This document shows, piece by piece, positions 51,079-60,910 of a stretch of DNA of 64,000 bases. Numbering within the stretch: position 1 is the first letter of the stretch; every line of letters begins with the position of its first letter. Source of the stretch: Candidatus Omnitrophota bacterium (GTDB lineage Bacteria > Omnitrophota > Gorgyraeia > JAGLLT01); contig DAOVJY010000001.1 of the NCBI GenBank assembly GCA_030632085.1, positions 142,289 to 206,288 on the forward strand, read 5' to 3'. Below the pieces are notes generated by a model, which saw nothing but the letters and a program-made list of their open reading frames with translations, had not been told where the DNA came from and did not search any database. Made by a program: the position numbers and the translations under genes.

Positions 51079-51947
51079 AATTTAAGTCCCTCAAACCGCT
51101 CTCGCGCGTTTTCTTTTATAATTGAAAACATCTTTTCTAAGCGGTTTTTATATGTGTGTTCATTTATAACCAACTTATAACCCTTTTGAGCAATACGCTC
51201 ACGCTCATCACCGTGCGACAAAAAATACTCTATTCTTTCGGCTAACTCCTCTTTATTTTTATAGGTCACTAAATGCTTGCCATCCTCAAAAAGCTCATTA
51301 AAGCCGTTATTCTCAACACGGCTGGTTATCAGCATAGCTCCACAGCTTAAAATTTCAAAAATACGCATATTTATATCATTATTCAGCGAAAAATTTATTC
51401 CGATCTTTGATGCTGAATATATACGGCTCATTTCATTATAAGGAGTATTGCCTATAAAGCAATCATTAAATTTACTCTTAATATACCTTAGTGTTTCTTC
51501 TCTTACGCTTCCTTCTCCCCCGTAAGAACCAACAAAGCCAACATCATAAACTTTTTCGATGTCCTGTTTTTTATGAATTTCCGGATCGCAGGCCAGCGGT
51601 ATCCAATAAACAGGGCGCTTAAGGACCCTGGAGAGACTTTCCGCGCCATCTTTTTGAGTAGCAAAAAGAAAGTCGTAATGTTTCGCCTGGCGGCAAATTT
51701 TTCTAAACGGTTTCTTGAGATGGGTGTCGATTGCTAAAAAAGCGGCGGGCCTAAAACTTTTAGGCAAATCATATTTATAATCACCGTGGTCTATTCTTAA
51801 AAATAAATCATATTTATTCTTAATTAATGACTTCGAACCTTCAACCGGATAATAATCAAAATCTAAGCGGCTGTCTTCAAGTGCCCTTTTAAAGTATATC
51901 CCGGTTGTATCCGAGCGATCTTCATTAAAGACTAAAGCAATCTTCAT
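51075..51947 (-). CDS. Glycosyltransferase (CgeB-like / GT1-like C-terminal domain)
   Basis: A GT-B C-terminal half with an EILSCGAMLITSRVENNG motif is present. Confidence 0.5.
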   Translation of the reverse strand: MKIALVFNEDRSDTTGIYFKRALEDSRLDFDYYPVEGSKSLIKNKYDLFLRIDHGDYKYDLPKSFRPAAFLAIDTHLKKPFRKICRQAKHYDFLFATQKDGAESLSRVLKRPVYWIPLACDPEIHKKQDIEKVYDVGFVGSYGGEGSVREETLRYIKSKFNDCFIGNTPYNEMSRIYSASKIGINFSLNNDINMRIFEILSCGAMLITSRVENNGFNELFEDGKHLVTYKNKEELAERIEYFLSHGDERERIAQKGYKLVINEHTYKNRLEKMFSIIKENARERFEGLKL

Positions 51948-51964
51948 ATAGGCACCTTTTTGTA

Positions 51965-52771
51965 TTATAAGTCCAGGTCAAGCAGTCGAGCGCTCACCGG
52001 ACCGGCCTTGGTGTTAATATCAATACTCACAGGTATTCTTTTCTCATCAGCTGTAACCCACATATAGCCGCTAATTTCATGCCTTGAGGTCGCCTTAACT
52101 CTCTTTAAATGTATGTATATTTTATATGTCTCAAGCTTGCCAAAAGGCGTATCAAGCAGCTCGGTATCTTTATATTCAACATAAAGAGTCCTATCTCTCT
52201 TTCTGCTTTTAACATTAAGACTATATCCACCTTTAAGAAGCTCAAAATCAATTAATCTGATAACATAAAAACTGCTCAAAGGATCGACTGTATCCGGTAA
52301 CATTCTAAATTGCTCACCGTCTACTTCCAGATAGTGTTCATCCTGATTATAAATAATTACTTTATCATTCTGCCTGTGGCCCGTTGCCTGCGAATGCTCT
52401 TGAAAATATAAGGAATTTAATTCACTTTTATCAAGTTTTGATTTAACCCATCCTTCAATTTCAAAAAAAACTGATACGAAATCAGATGTTCTGGCTTTAC
52501 CACTTAAAAAATAAACATTTTTGCCTTTATAATCGCCTACACCATCAACCCTTAAGATAGCTTTACCTGAAGGAAGCCCCATATACCTTAGGGTGTAAAC
52601 AAGTTTCTCGGGTGCTGCTATTGCAGCTGTTGAATTAGCCTTTAACTCAGAAATAACATGCTTCTTATACTGACGAGCCGCAAATTGCCAACCAAAAAAC
52701 TGATAAAAAGCATAACTTAATACAAGTACAACTAAAAAAATTAAGAATAATTTTGATATAATTTTTTTCAT
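51965..52771 (-). CDS. Hypothetical exported/anchored protein
   Basis: N-terminal TM anchor with no clear family. Confidence 0.35.
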   Translation of the reverse strand: MKKIISKLFLIFLVVLVLSYAFYQFFGWQFAARQYKKHVISELKANSTAAIAAPEKLVYTLRYMGLPSGKAILRVDGVGDYKGKNVYFLSGKARTSDFVSVFFEIEGWVKSKLDKSELNSLYFQEHSQATGHRQNDKVIIYNQDEHYLEVDGEQFRMLPDTVDPLSSFYVIRLIDFELLKGGYSLNVKSRKRDRTLYVEYKDTELLDTPFGKLETYKIYIHLKRVKATSRHEISGYMWVTADEKRIPVSIDINTKAGPVSARLLDLDL

Positions 52772-54561
52772 TTTTTAATCCTATATACTTTTGTATCACC
52801 GAAATTTTTTTCCTCAATTAAACCATAGCTTTCGCTTGATTTCAGCAATTCAGCTTTGACATTTTCTTTTTCTGAGAGTTGAGTATATTTTGAGAAATGA
52901 ACTATCACATACGAAACTCCTAATCTATTAAGGATAACTTTGGTTTGCGGCGCTAAAATATCCCTTATCTTTTCATTAGTTGAATAGGCTTCTGTTTCCC
53001 TTAAGGCTCCGTTAACTAATTTTTTCTGATGCAGCCTTTGATTAAAAAAATACTCTACGGTATCATCCTCTTCTATAGGGTATTCAACTACTAAAATATC
53101 AGTCGGCTGTTCCTTAAGCCAGAAGTAAACACTCTCCCTAACTCCGATATCCGTCGCTTTAAATGGCGGGAAATTTACAAATTCAAAAATAACAATAATA
53201 GCAAATAATATTGCCAAACCGACTTTAGCCTTGGCTAAATTAATTCTCTCAAGTAAAAACTTAATACCAAAAGCCATTAGCACTGAAAAAGCCAGCATCA
53301 ATACTATCCCAAAGCGCCCTATTGATCTAAAAAACGGTACGATATAATAAATATAAGCTGAAGGTAACCATAATTCTTTTCCAAATAAAACAAACACGGG
53401 ATAAAGAGAAAACAGAAAAGCCACTACAGCTAATGTCATAAAAAACTTAATTGAAAAATCCATTTCCTCAGCCTTTTTGACATCCGCGCGCGCAGCTTCA
53501 CTCTTTTTAGAACTCCTCCAAAATCGAAAAGCCCAAAAAGACATAATGATTACAAAAAAACCTAAAAAGAGATTATATTCCTGGGAATTTTCTCCGTAAA
53601 ATAATGAACCATCCAGCCTGCCACTAAAGAAACCGAACACAGGATGATCTGGAGACGGTAAAATATAATTTAAAATACCAGCCGAAGAAGCCCGTAATTC
53701 ACCTATATTTTTTCGATGATATGTGGTTTCTAAAACAGACAACTTGCCATCTTTGGATAAATACGAATTAAGAATCGGAAATATATAAGGAAAACAGATA
53801 AGTGAGGCAGTAAATATTGTAATACATAACACGCCAATATTTTTTATTATGCCCACTTGCGGCGTAAAGTTTATCCGATGTAGTTTTTTAATCTTCCTAA
53901 AAAGTTTTCTTGCCAGCATGAATATAAAAAATGTTGCCGCCGTCACCAACATAAAATATCCATAATAGGTGTCGGATAATAATGTTAAAGCAAAAAATAA
54001 ACCACATAATACCGCATTAGAATACCTTCTCTCTTTATGAAGCTTAAAGAGAAATAATATAAATAGCGGCATCCATTGAATATTAGCTAAAGTTATATGA
54101 CTGGCGTGAGCAAAGTGATACGGACAAAAAGCATACGCTAAACCGGCCACAAACGACGCCCATTTGTTTTTTGTAAGATAAACAGCCAATAAATACATGG
54201 CCAGGCCGGCCAGAGGAAACGTAGCCAGCATAATAAAATTGTAAGCAAAGATTTCATTCTGTAAGAGAGTTAAAAGTAAAAGCGGGTAATTAGCAAATTG
54301 CAGGCCTATGTTTTTGGCAATATCCCGCGATAAGTCAATACCGTAAGGACAGGCCACAATAGAGACAAACTGACAATCTAAATCATGCTGCCAAGCGTAT
54401 TTTACCCACCATGCATACCAAAGCGTCTCCACCAAATCCCCTTGATAATCATAGATAGAAGTGTGCATATTGAGTATCAGAGGAAATGTAAAGATACATG
54501 CCAGGATAAAAAATACCACAAAAATTATAACTTCAAATTTATATTTCTGGAAAAAACCCAT
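52768..54561 (-). CDS. Large polytopic membrane protein (YfhO/ArnT-like glycosyltransferase-C fold candidate)
   Basis: 597 aa with at least 12 TM helices, within the polysaccharide cluster. Confidence 0.45.
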   Translation of the reverse strand: MGFFQKYKFEVIIFVVFFILACIFTFPLILNMHTSIYDYQGDLVETLWYAWWVKYAWQHDLDCQFVSIVACPYGIDLSRDIAKNIGLQFANYPLLLLTLLQNEIFAYNFIMLATFPLAGLAMYLLAVYLTKNKWASFVAGLAYAFCPYHFAHASHITLANIQWMPLFILFLFKLHKERRYSNAVLCGLFFALTLLSDTYYGYFMLVTAATFFIFMLARKLFRKIKKLHRINFTPQVGIIKNIGVLCITIFTASLICFPYIFPILNSYLSKDGKLSVLETTYHRKNIGELRASSAGILNYILPSPDHPVFGFFSGRLDGSLFYGENSQEYNLFLGFFVIIMSFWAFRFWRSSKKSEAARADVKKAEEMDFSIKFFMTLAVVAFLFSLYPVFVLFGKELWLPSAYIYYIVPFFRSIGRFGIVLMLAFSVLMAFGIKFLLERINLAKAKVGLAILFAIIVIFEFVNFPPFKATDIGVRESVYFWLKEQPTDILVVEYPIEEDDTVEYFFNQRLHQKKLVNGALRETEAYSTNEKIRDILAPQTKVILNRLGVSYVIVHFSKYTQLSEKENVKAELLKSSESYGLIEEKNFGDTKVYRIKK

Positions 54562-54564
54562 ATT

Positions 54565-55719
54565 TTATTTTCTGCCTTTAAAAATGATGATAGCTACTAA
54601 AGCAAGAAAAGCAATAACCGACACAAAAATTACTTTTACAAATTTACTTGACGCATTACTAGGCTGAACTTCTACTATTAATTCTTCAACCTTTCTTCTC
54701 TTAGCTCTTTCCTCTTCAATAAAGGCAATTCTTTTATTCATTAAAGCTTCTTCCCAAATTTTCTTAAAACCGGTTCCCTCGAAACTTAAGACCACATAAT
54801 CATCGTCCATTTTTACTTCACTGAGCCAATTGATGTCCTGCTTTACAAAGGAGCGGTTGATTATCTCTTCAAAGAAGCAGGCATCATCCTCAATGTTGAT
54901 TATATCATCGCTTTCATTAGGCATAAAAATTAACTCACCTTTAATAGCATCATCCGTGGCTAAATCAACGGCAAATAATAAAGCATTTATAGATTCAGAG
55001 GATAAAAGTACCCGCATGCCCTCTTTTTCTTCCCAGCGCCTTAAGTTTTTCGAAAAAAGCCCTCTTTGATTATTAATCAAGAAATAAGTATCCGCGTCTA
55101 CTGCTTTCTTTAGAAGCTTCAAGGCCTCTTTATTTTCAGAAAATGAAGCCCTTGTCCCCTTATGTACATCAATAGCCCGATATAAATCTCCGGGTTCCAT
55201 GCCCATCAAGAAATATTTACCCACCTGAACATAAGCGGCTATATCTTTTTGGCCATGATAAGGTTCAAGTTGTTTATCTCTATAGGTGATTTCATACCCT
55301 TTGTATGTTACTTTTTTAAGTGCTTTTCTTTTTTTAATCAAGGCGTTCATGGCCTCAGCGAAAGCGGCCTTTTTTGTCTTTAATTCAACCACAACTAAAA
55401 AATCAGGATAATTGGGTTCATCGTCACTATCAAAAGCTTCCTGAGGCAAATAAGCCGCGCCCACCAGCGTGCCTATAGGTAATTCCGCATGTAATTCCTT
55501 AATGGCGTCATTTTTGATTGTTGTTTCTTTAATTTCAAACCTCTCGCGCCAAAGATTTGTTACATAATTAAAACCGGTATCATCCGGGTCATTATTAATA
55601 AATATAATAATATCCGCATCTTTAGCAATAAAACTAAATTCATTTGCTCCGGCTTCTAAATTCGCGCCAGATAAAATCATCCAAGCTACTAAAATAAACA
55701 ACAGGCCTATTTTTTTCAT
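54565..55719 (-). CDS. Hypothetical protein with signal peptide and C-terminal TM anchor
   Basis: 384 aa. Confidence 0.4.
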   Translation of the reverse strand: MKKIGLLFILVAWMILSGANLEAGANEFSFIAKDADIIIFINNDPDDTGFNYVTNLWRERFEIKETTIKNDAIKELHAELPIGTLVGAAYLPQEAFDSDDEPNYPDFLVVVELKTKKAAFAEAMNALIKKRKALKKVTYKGYEITYRDKQLEPYHGQKDIAAYVQVGKYFLMGMEPGDLYRAIDVHKGTRASFSENKEALKLLKKAVDADTYFLINNQRGLFSKNLRRWEEKEGMRVLLSSESINALLFAVDLATDDAIKGELIFMPNESDDIINIEDDACFFEEIINRSFVKQDINWLSEVKMDDDYVVLSFEGTGFKKIWEEALMNKRIAFIEEERAKRRKVEELIVEVQPSNASSKFVKVIFVSVIAFLALVAIIIFKGRK

Positions 55720-55731
55720 TGACTCTCTCTC

Positions 55732-56631
55732 CTATTTTTTTCGCAAGTCATATCGCACCTTGACTGAATTAATATTTTCCTCAATTGCATATTTAAAAAC
55801 ATACGAATTAGCATCCATCACACGCCTGATGAACTGCATAAAAAAGCGTACATCTTTTTTTGAATTAGTTAAATCAGATCCAACTTTAAAATGAAATATC
55901 ATCCAGCCTTTATGGCTCAAGACTTCATCTGAAGCAACCATAGAAATAGTAATTTTTTTTAACTTATCGGCTGATCTGAAAACATTATATGATACTTCAT
56001 CTTTAAGTTCATCAACATAATACTCAAAAAAACCATGCTCATTATTAATTAAGACTTTCAATAAAACGTTATCAGATACTTTCTTTTCTTCTTTTATATT
56101 AGTTCCAAAAAGACTACTAAACATTTTTTCGTCCGAAGATAGTAAGATTGTATCTCCATACCAGGCAATGCGTTGAATATCATCATCCTTATCTTTGGCT
56201 TCCAATACCCGCCAGTTTCCCCGCTTCTTAGAGCTAAAATCAGAGGTCAATCTATATAGAACCAATGGAATCTGAATAACACGTATTGCGCGAGCTGACT
56301 TAATAACCGCCAGATAATTGAAATCCTCCGAGTCATCTTCTTTGGGGCACGCAATTAGGCTGATATTTAACGGTAATAAAAACCTGCCGCATGATTTTAT
56401 CGCCTCTCTAATCCATTTTGATTTAATGACATATTCTTCTTTAAACTTAAAATTAACAACCTCATCTAAAATTTGAGTATTTTCCGGCTGGATATTAATT
56501 GATGAGAAAATAAAATAATTATTTTCCCTGATTTCAATGCCGGCATCCTCAAGAGGTAATAATACCCATATAAATAAAGTTACAGTAAGTATTAATAAAA
56601 AAAGAAATAAACTCTTAAACATTTTTTTCAT
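55732..56631 (-). CDS. Hypothetical membrane-anchored protein
   Basis: 299 aa with an N-terminal TM segment. Confidence 0.4.
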   Translation of the reverse strand: MKKMFKSLFLFLLILTVTLFIWVLLPLEDAGIEIRENNYFIFSSINIQPENTQILDEVVNFKFKEEYVIKSKWIREAIKSCGRFLLPLNISLIACPKEDDSEDFNYLAVIKSARAIRVIQIPLVLYRLTSDFSSKKRGNWRVLEAKDKDDDIQRIAWYGDTILLSSDEKMFSSLFGTNIKEEKKVSDNVLLKVLINNEHGFFEYYVDELKDEVSYNVFRSADKLKKITISMVASDEVLSHKGWMIFHFKVGSDLTNSKKDVRFFMQFIRRVMDANSYVFKYAIEENINSVKVRYDLRKK

Positions 56632-56645
56632 TGTACAATATACAA

Positions 56646-57734
56646 TTATTCCATATTATATTCTTTTTCCACAAAATACCTGATGAGTTTGATTAAAATA
56701 CCAATAATCAAAATAAAAAAAGCCACATTGGTTAGCCTTTCAGCGGGAAATTTTAGTTCATACATCAGCAAACCAGCTGAAATAAGCATCATTACAATAA
56801 AAAGGCAAATAAATATATTGGCGTAAACATTATATTTTTTTATTGTACATTCATATGTCTGCTTTAGCCTTAGGATACACATATCTTTTTTGATATATTG
56901 AGTCATCTGATATATTTTACCGATACACATTGAACCTATGAGAATTAAGAAGAAATCAAATTTATAATAGAAAAAAGTATAAGAATATGCAATTTTAGAA
57001 ATTAAAAAGAGGATACTAAAAATAAGTACCGGCGGCAAATATGTCCAAAAATCAAGGCGCAATATATATAAATATTTTTTTTCGGTTAGCGGCCAGAATA
57101 TAGCCGAATAAACTAGCCAGATGCCGGTGAAAATGAAGCTACCCAGAAAACATATGTTCCAATTGACATTTATGCACCCCCTTTTGCGAAACCATTTAGT
57201 CGAATCCCATACAGCATAAGCCCTTAAAAAAGTAAGTTTTATATCCTGATAATTCGTAATTTTAATACTGTAGAAATCCAGCTTTGTTTTTTCGGTTTTT
57301 TTCAGTTCAATTTTATTAAGCCCCTTCTTCATCATCCTGGCATTAATCATTACGCGCTGCTCTTCCCATTCGCCTATCTTACTACCCCTTAGCACATCTA
57401 TTAACTTCTGCTTTACGTAAACTTTTATTTTCTGGTTCGGATCGTGAAATCTTAATTTAAATGCCAGTGAAATAGCATCTTTACTGGGCAAAAAAATGAG
57501 GAATATTGCCCTATCTTTATCCATTGAGGTATAATTTATACCGCTCTCTTTTCTGGCTTTCCAGCCGTTAAGAAGTAAAAAGTTATCTTCATAATCGACG
57601 GCACAAGCGTATTGGTATTCTTTCTTAAATTTTGTAATTTGGGAATCAACCATTGTCTGATAGAAAAACAATAGTAAAAAGCCTATAACTAAGGATAGAA
57701 CTAAATAAATCGCTATTTTAGTATACGTTTTCAT
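56646..57734 (-). CDS. Hypothetical integral membrane protein
   Basis: 362 aa with N-terminal and C-terminal TM clusters. Confidence 0.4.
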   Translation of the reverse strand: MKTYTKIAIYLVLSLVIGFLLLFFYQTMVDSQITKFKKEYQYACAVDYEDNFLLLNGWKARKESGINYTSMDKDRAIFLIFLPSKDAISLAFKLRFHDPNQKIKVYVKQKLIDVLRGSKIGEWEEQRVMINARMMKKGLNKIELKKTEKTKLDFYSIKITNYQDIKLTFLRAYAVWDSTKWFRKRGCINVNWNICFLGSFIFTGIWLVYSAIFWPLTEKKYLYILRLDFWTYLPPVLIFSILFLISKIAYSYTFFYYKFDFFLILIGSMCIGKIYQMTQYIKKDMCILRLKQTYECTIKKYNVYANIFICLFIVMMLISAGLLMYELKFPAERLTNVAFFILIIGILIKLIRYFVEKEYNME

Positions 57735-57751
57735 ATTTTAACCCTTTAATT

Positions 57752-60700
57752 TTAACCTTTATACCTTAGAATTCCTAATAAGAGACCAAGTGCGCAAAAG
57801 ATAAAAATAGTCACACTTACCGCAAGTCCCGCCCAGAATTGCCTTTGAACGCTATATTTTAACATAATGGTTAATTGTTGTCCAACCTTTTGTTCTCCGT
57901 TAAGGAACCACGTGTTAGCGTAACCGTTGCCTACAACATGAGTTTCATATTTATTAGCATCATGCCGCGCTCCCCCCAGTTGAACTGTCCAAAGCGGATC
58001 GTATGACTCTAAAAAAAAGAGAAATCTCCACTTAGCAAGGTAATGCTTATTGCTAAGCTTAAAGCAAACGGGGCTAATTTGAGTTTCTTCAAGCGGCAAA
58101 ATCTCGCTTGTGGGCGTATCTACCGGCGCAATCAGAACATAATAACCCTCATCCTGATACTGAAGGAAACTTAAACTCTTATTTCCACCGGCAATATTAT
58201 GAATCGGAGAGCTGTATTTGAGATTATTTTTATTATATGCCAGCCTTAATACATTATTATTTTCTTTAAACATAACAGATTTAGGTAAACCTTTAATATA
58301 CTCAATTGGTTTCGGATACAAACTTATCCTGCCGCTAAATTCTTTTTCAATGAATATGCTACAATTAAACTCATAGGTATAAATATCTATCTCTTTTTGT
58401 AAACATAGTTGATTATCAACTTCAGAGTCATTAGCTACAAATTTCAATAAATTTTTTCCCGGATTTAAAGTCAAAGCCTCAAGTTTTATAACCGAGTCGG
58501 TGTTTCTTCTGGAGTAGAATTTTTTTATGAGCTTATCGTTTAGAAAAATATCTATAAAGCAATCCCGGCTTTGACTATGCGAAGTTAATTTTAAATTAAC
58601 TCTGGATGAGTTTTTCTGTCTTAAATCAATTTCGGCTATAATTGGAATTTTGTCATTTTTAAAGAAATTTAGATTTTTCTCACCGCTTTTTTCGTTATAT
58701 GATTCAGGTAGAAATTTAATTTTTATTTTCTCACCTGTAATTTGGTCTTTCACTTCTTTTTTATAGAATATATCTTTGTTGTCCGTATCCAAAAGAAGAT
58801 ATTCGTTACTCTTATATTTAGCGGGCAATGTATTCTGATTATAATAAATAACTTTACTGATTAGATTATCGCTATTAAGCTGCTTGAGTAAACTTTCAGT
58901 TATATTAGCCTCAAAAATATTATTATATTCAAATATAGGTGTTCTACTCAAAGCCTCATAACATTCTACACCGCCATAAATTATATTTATCTTATCAGTC
59001 AGGAAACTATGCGGGAGCGTTTTATTTATTGAATATATTTTCCACTTACCAAAAACTTTATCCAGCTTCACACCTTTTTGGAGCCCCAGCTTGGCGGACA
59101 CAAAATCAGGCGATTCATACTTGTCATAAAAATCCCACCTTAAATCACCTTCATACAGTAGATATTTGATATTAAACATAGGCAATATCTTTAAAGCAAC
59201 ATAGGGTGAATTCTGATTGCGTATGTGCAGTTGTTTGACTTTTTCATCTTTATATTCTTTATCAATGTAAAGCCACTTATAAAGTGAATTCCCAAAATTA
59301 GGAATTGAGTAAGCTGACCCAAAACTTGCCTGCATCACCGGCGTTATAATAGGCCTATCGCTAAAATAAGCTAAGACGGGTTCATACCCCGCGTATCCCC
59401 AATCAGTAATTCTTCTGGCACTGGAATTTAAAACCATTATCCTGAAATAATCATCTTGAGTATCAAGCCAATTAGCCGCGTTATAGACATACTGCGGAAC
59501 TTCAATGTGGTTGGGAGGTATATAATGGCGCTCCTCTTTAGAAGTAAACATGCAGCCGCTTACAATCGGAAAGGCATAAACAAGGAACAAAACAGAAGTA
59601 AAAACACTTAAAAAGCTAAAGGTTAGTTTCTGTCTTGGCCAAAGGCTGAAAACCTTTTTAGTTAAATAAAATATACATACCGAGAAACCTAAAACTGTAA
59701 ATAGAGACCACTTATACCAATGAGTTCTAATAATCCAAAACCCGGGCAGATGCTTAATAAAAAATAAATTAATAGACGCAAATGGCGGGTGCACACCTAC
59801 CGAGAAAATAATTCCTATAAAGGCAATTAGAATGAAAAAAGGTAAATAAACCTGCCCTCTTAGGTTAAAACAAGATAAAAAAACCAATATAACCGGAATT
59901 ATACTTAATAAAATAAAGAGCTTACTTTTTTTATAGAATTCACTATATAAAACATAAGGATCATCCTCATAATCTTCATGCCATGTCCAAGCGGCCTGAA
60001 AACGCAGGACATTTAATAAGCCGGTATACTTAGCTCTTTCTTTTAATATTTGTATATACTCTTTGTATTTATCCGGATTTTTTTCATTCAAATCAACTTT
60101 TACAAACTCTTTATAAGAGTTTAGAGACTGCATCTCATTCATATATTTCAATCGCATGCCCTGAGGATAAATCCAAAAGGCGTTAATTAGAGTAATTATT
60201 AATACCAATAAAAGCACAAAACTTATAAATCTGACGGCTGATACTTTTTTTGTTTTTAGTACGTGGATTACAAAGCAATAAATAAGCCAAAGCATCACAA
60301 AACAAACAGCTACATACATAATAGGCGGGTTTACGCCTACCCCCGATAAAATAATTCCAAGAAAGCCCGCAAGGCATAAATATTTAAAATATCTTTTTGA
60401 GTGTATGGCATTAATTACAAAACCCGCCAAAAAAGGCATACCCACATACGCGGATAAATTTGCAATATTAAATCCCAGCCAGACCGGCTCAAGATATAAG
60501 TTAAACATATAAAAAACTATAGCCGGCAAGACTATTAAAGGCTTAGGGTGCTTACCCTTATTCAGAGCAACTATCAGATAGTATATGGAAAAACCCGAGA
60601 GCATAAACCAGAATATAAATTGCATCTTCTGAGCGCTTAATATGGAAAACCCTATTTTTTGCAAAAAAGCAGGCATAAAAAGAAAAAATAAGGCGGCAAA

Positions 60701-60910
60701 ATTATCTATTGGGTAAGTGCCGGTAGCTCTCTGATTAAACCAAGAGAAAAGATATGAATACCACTCATTTAAAGACAAGGGTATGCTTAAATCCTCGGAT
60801 TTAATTAAATAACCTTCCTTAAACCATAGTAATGGACATAATCCAAGGACTATAATAATCAGTAAATTGATTGCTGATCTGCGCTTAATCAAACTCATGC
60901 TTTCGCTCAA
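57752..60910 (-). CDS. Giant polytopic membrane protein, paralog 1 (putative membrane glycosyl/arabinosyl-type transferase)
   Basis: 1052 aa with an N-terminal ~450-aa multi-TM domain, a large soluble domain and a C-terminal TM helix. It shares the LLWF.EG...SED...PL motifs with the downstream paralog. Confidence 0.5.
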   Translation of the reverse strand: MSESMSLIKRRSAINLLIIIVLGLCPLLWFKEGYLIKSEDLSIPLSLNEWYSYLFSWFNQRATGTYPIDNFAALFFLFMPAFLQKIGFSILSAQKMQFIFWFMLSGFSIYYLIVALNKGKHPKPLIVLPAIVFYMFNLYLEPVWLGFNIANLSAYVGMPFLAGFVINAIHSKRYFKYLCLAGFLGIILSGVGVNPPIMYVAVCFVMLWLIYCFVIHVLKTKKVSAVRFISFVLLLVLIITLINAFWIYPQGMRLKYMNEMQSLNSYKEFVKVDLNEKNPDKYKEYIQILKERAKYTGLLNVLRFQAAWTWHEDYEDDPYVLYSEFYKKSKLFILLSIIPVILVFLSCFNLRGQVYLPFFILIAFIGIIFSVGVHPPFASINLFFIKHLPGFWIIRTHWYKWSLFTVLGFSVCIFYLTKKVFSLWPRQKLTFSFLSVFTSVLFLVYAFPIVSGCMFTSKEERHYIPPNHIEVPQYVYNAANWLDTQDDYFRIMVLNSSARRITDWGYAGYEPVLAYFSDRPIITPVMQASFGSAYSIPNFGNSLYKWLYIDKEYKDEKVKQLHIRNQNSPYVALKILPMFNIKYLLYEGDLRWDFYDKYESPDFVSAKLGLQKGVKLDKVFGKWKIYSINKTLPHSFLTDKINIIYGGVECYEALSRTPIFEYNNIFEANITESLLKQLNSDNLISKVIYYNQNTLPAKYKSNEYLLLDTDNKDIFYKKEVKDQITGEKIKIKFLPESYNEKSGEKNLNFFKNDKIPIIAEIDLRQKNSSRVNLKLTSHSQSRDCFIDIFLNDKLIKKFYSRRNTDSVIKLEALTLNPGKNLLKFVANDSEVDNQLCLQKEIDIYTYEFNCSIFIEKEFSGRISLYPKPIEYIKGLPKSVMFKENNNVLRLAYNKNNLKYSSPIHNIAGGNKSLSFLQYQDEGYYVLIAPVDTPTSEILPLEETQISPVCFKLSNKHYLAKWRFLFFLESYDPLWTVQLGGARHDANKYETHVVGNGYANTWFLNGEQKVGQQLTIMLKYSVQRQFWAGLAVSVTIFIFCALGLLLGILRYKG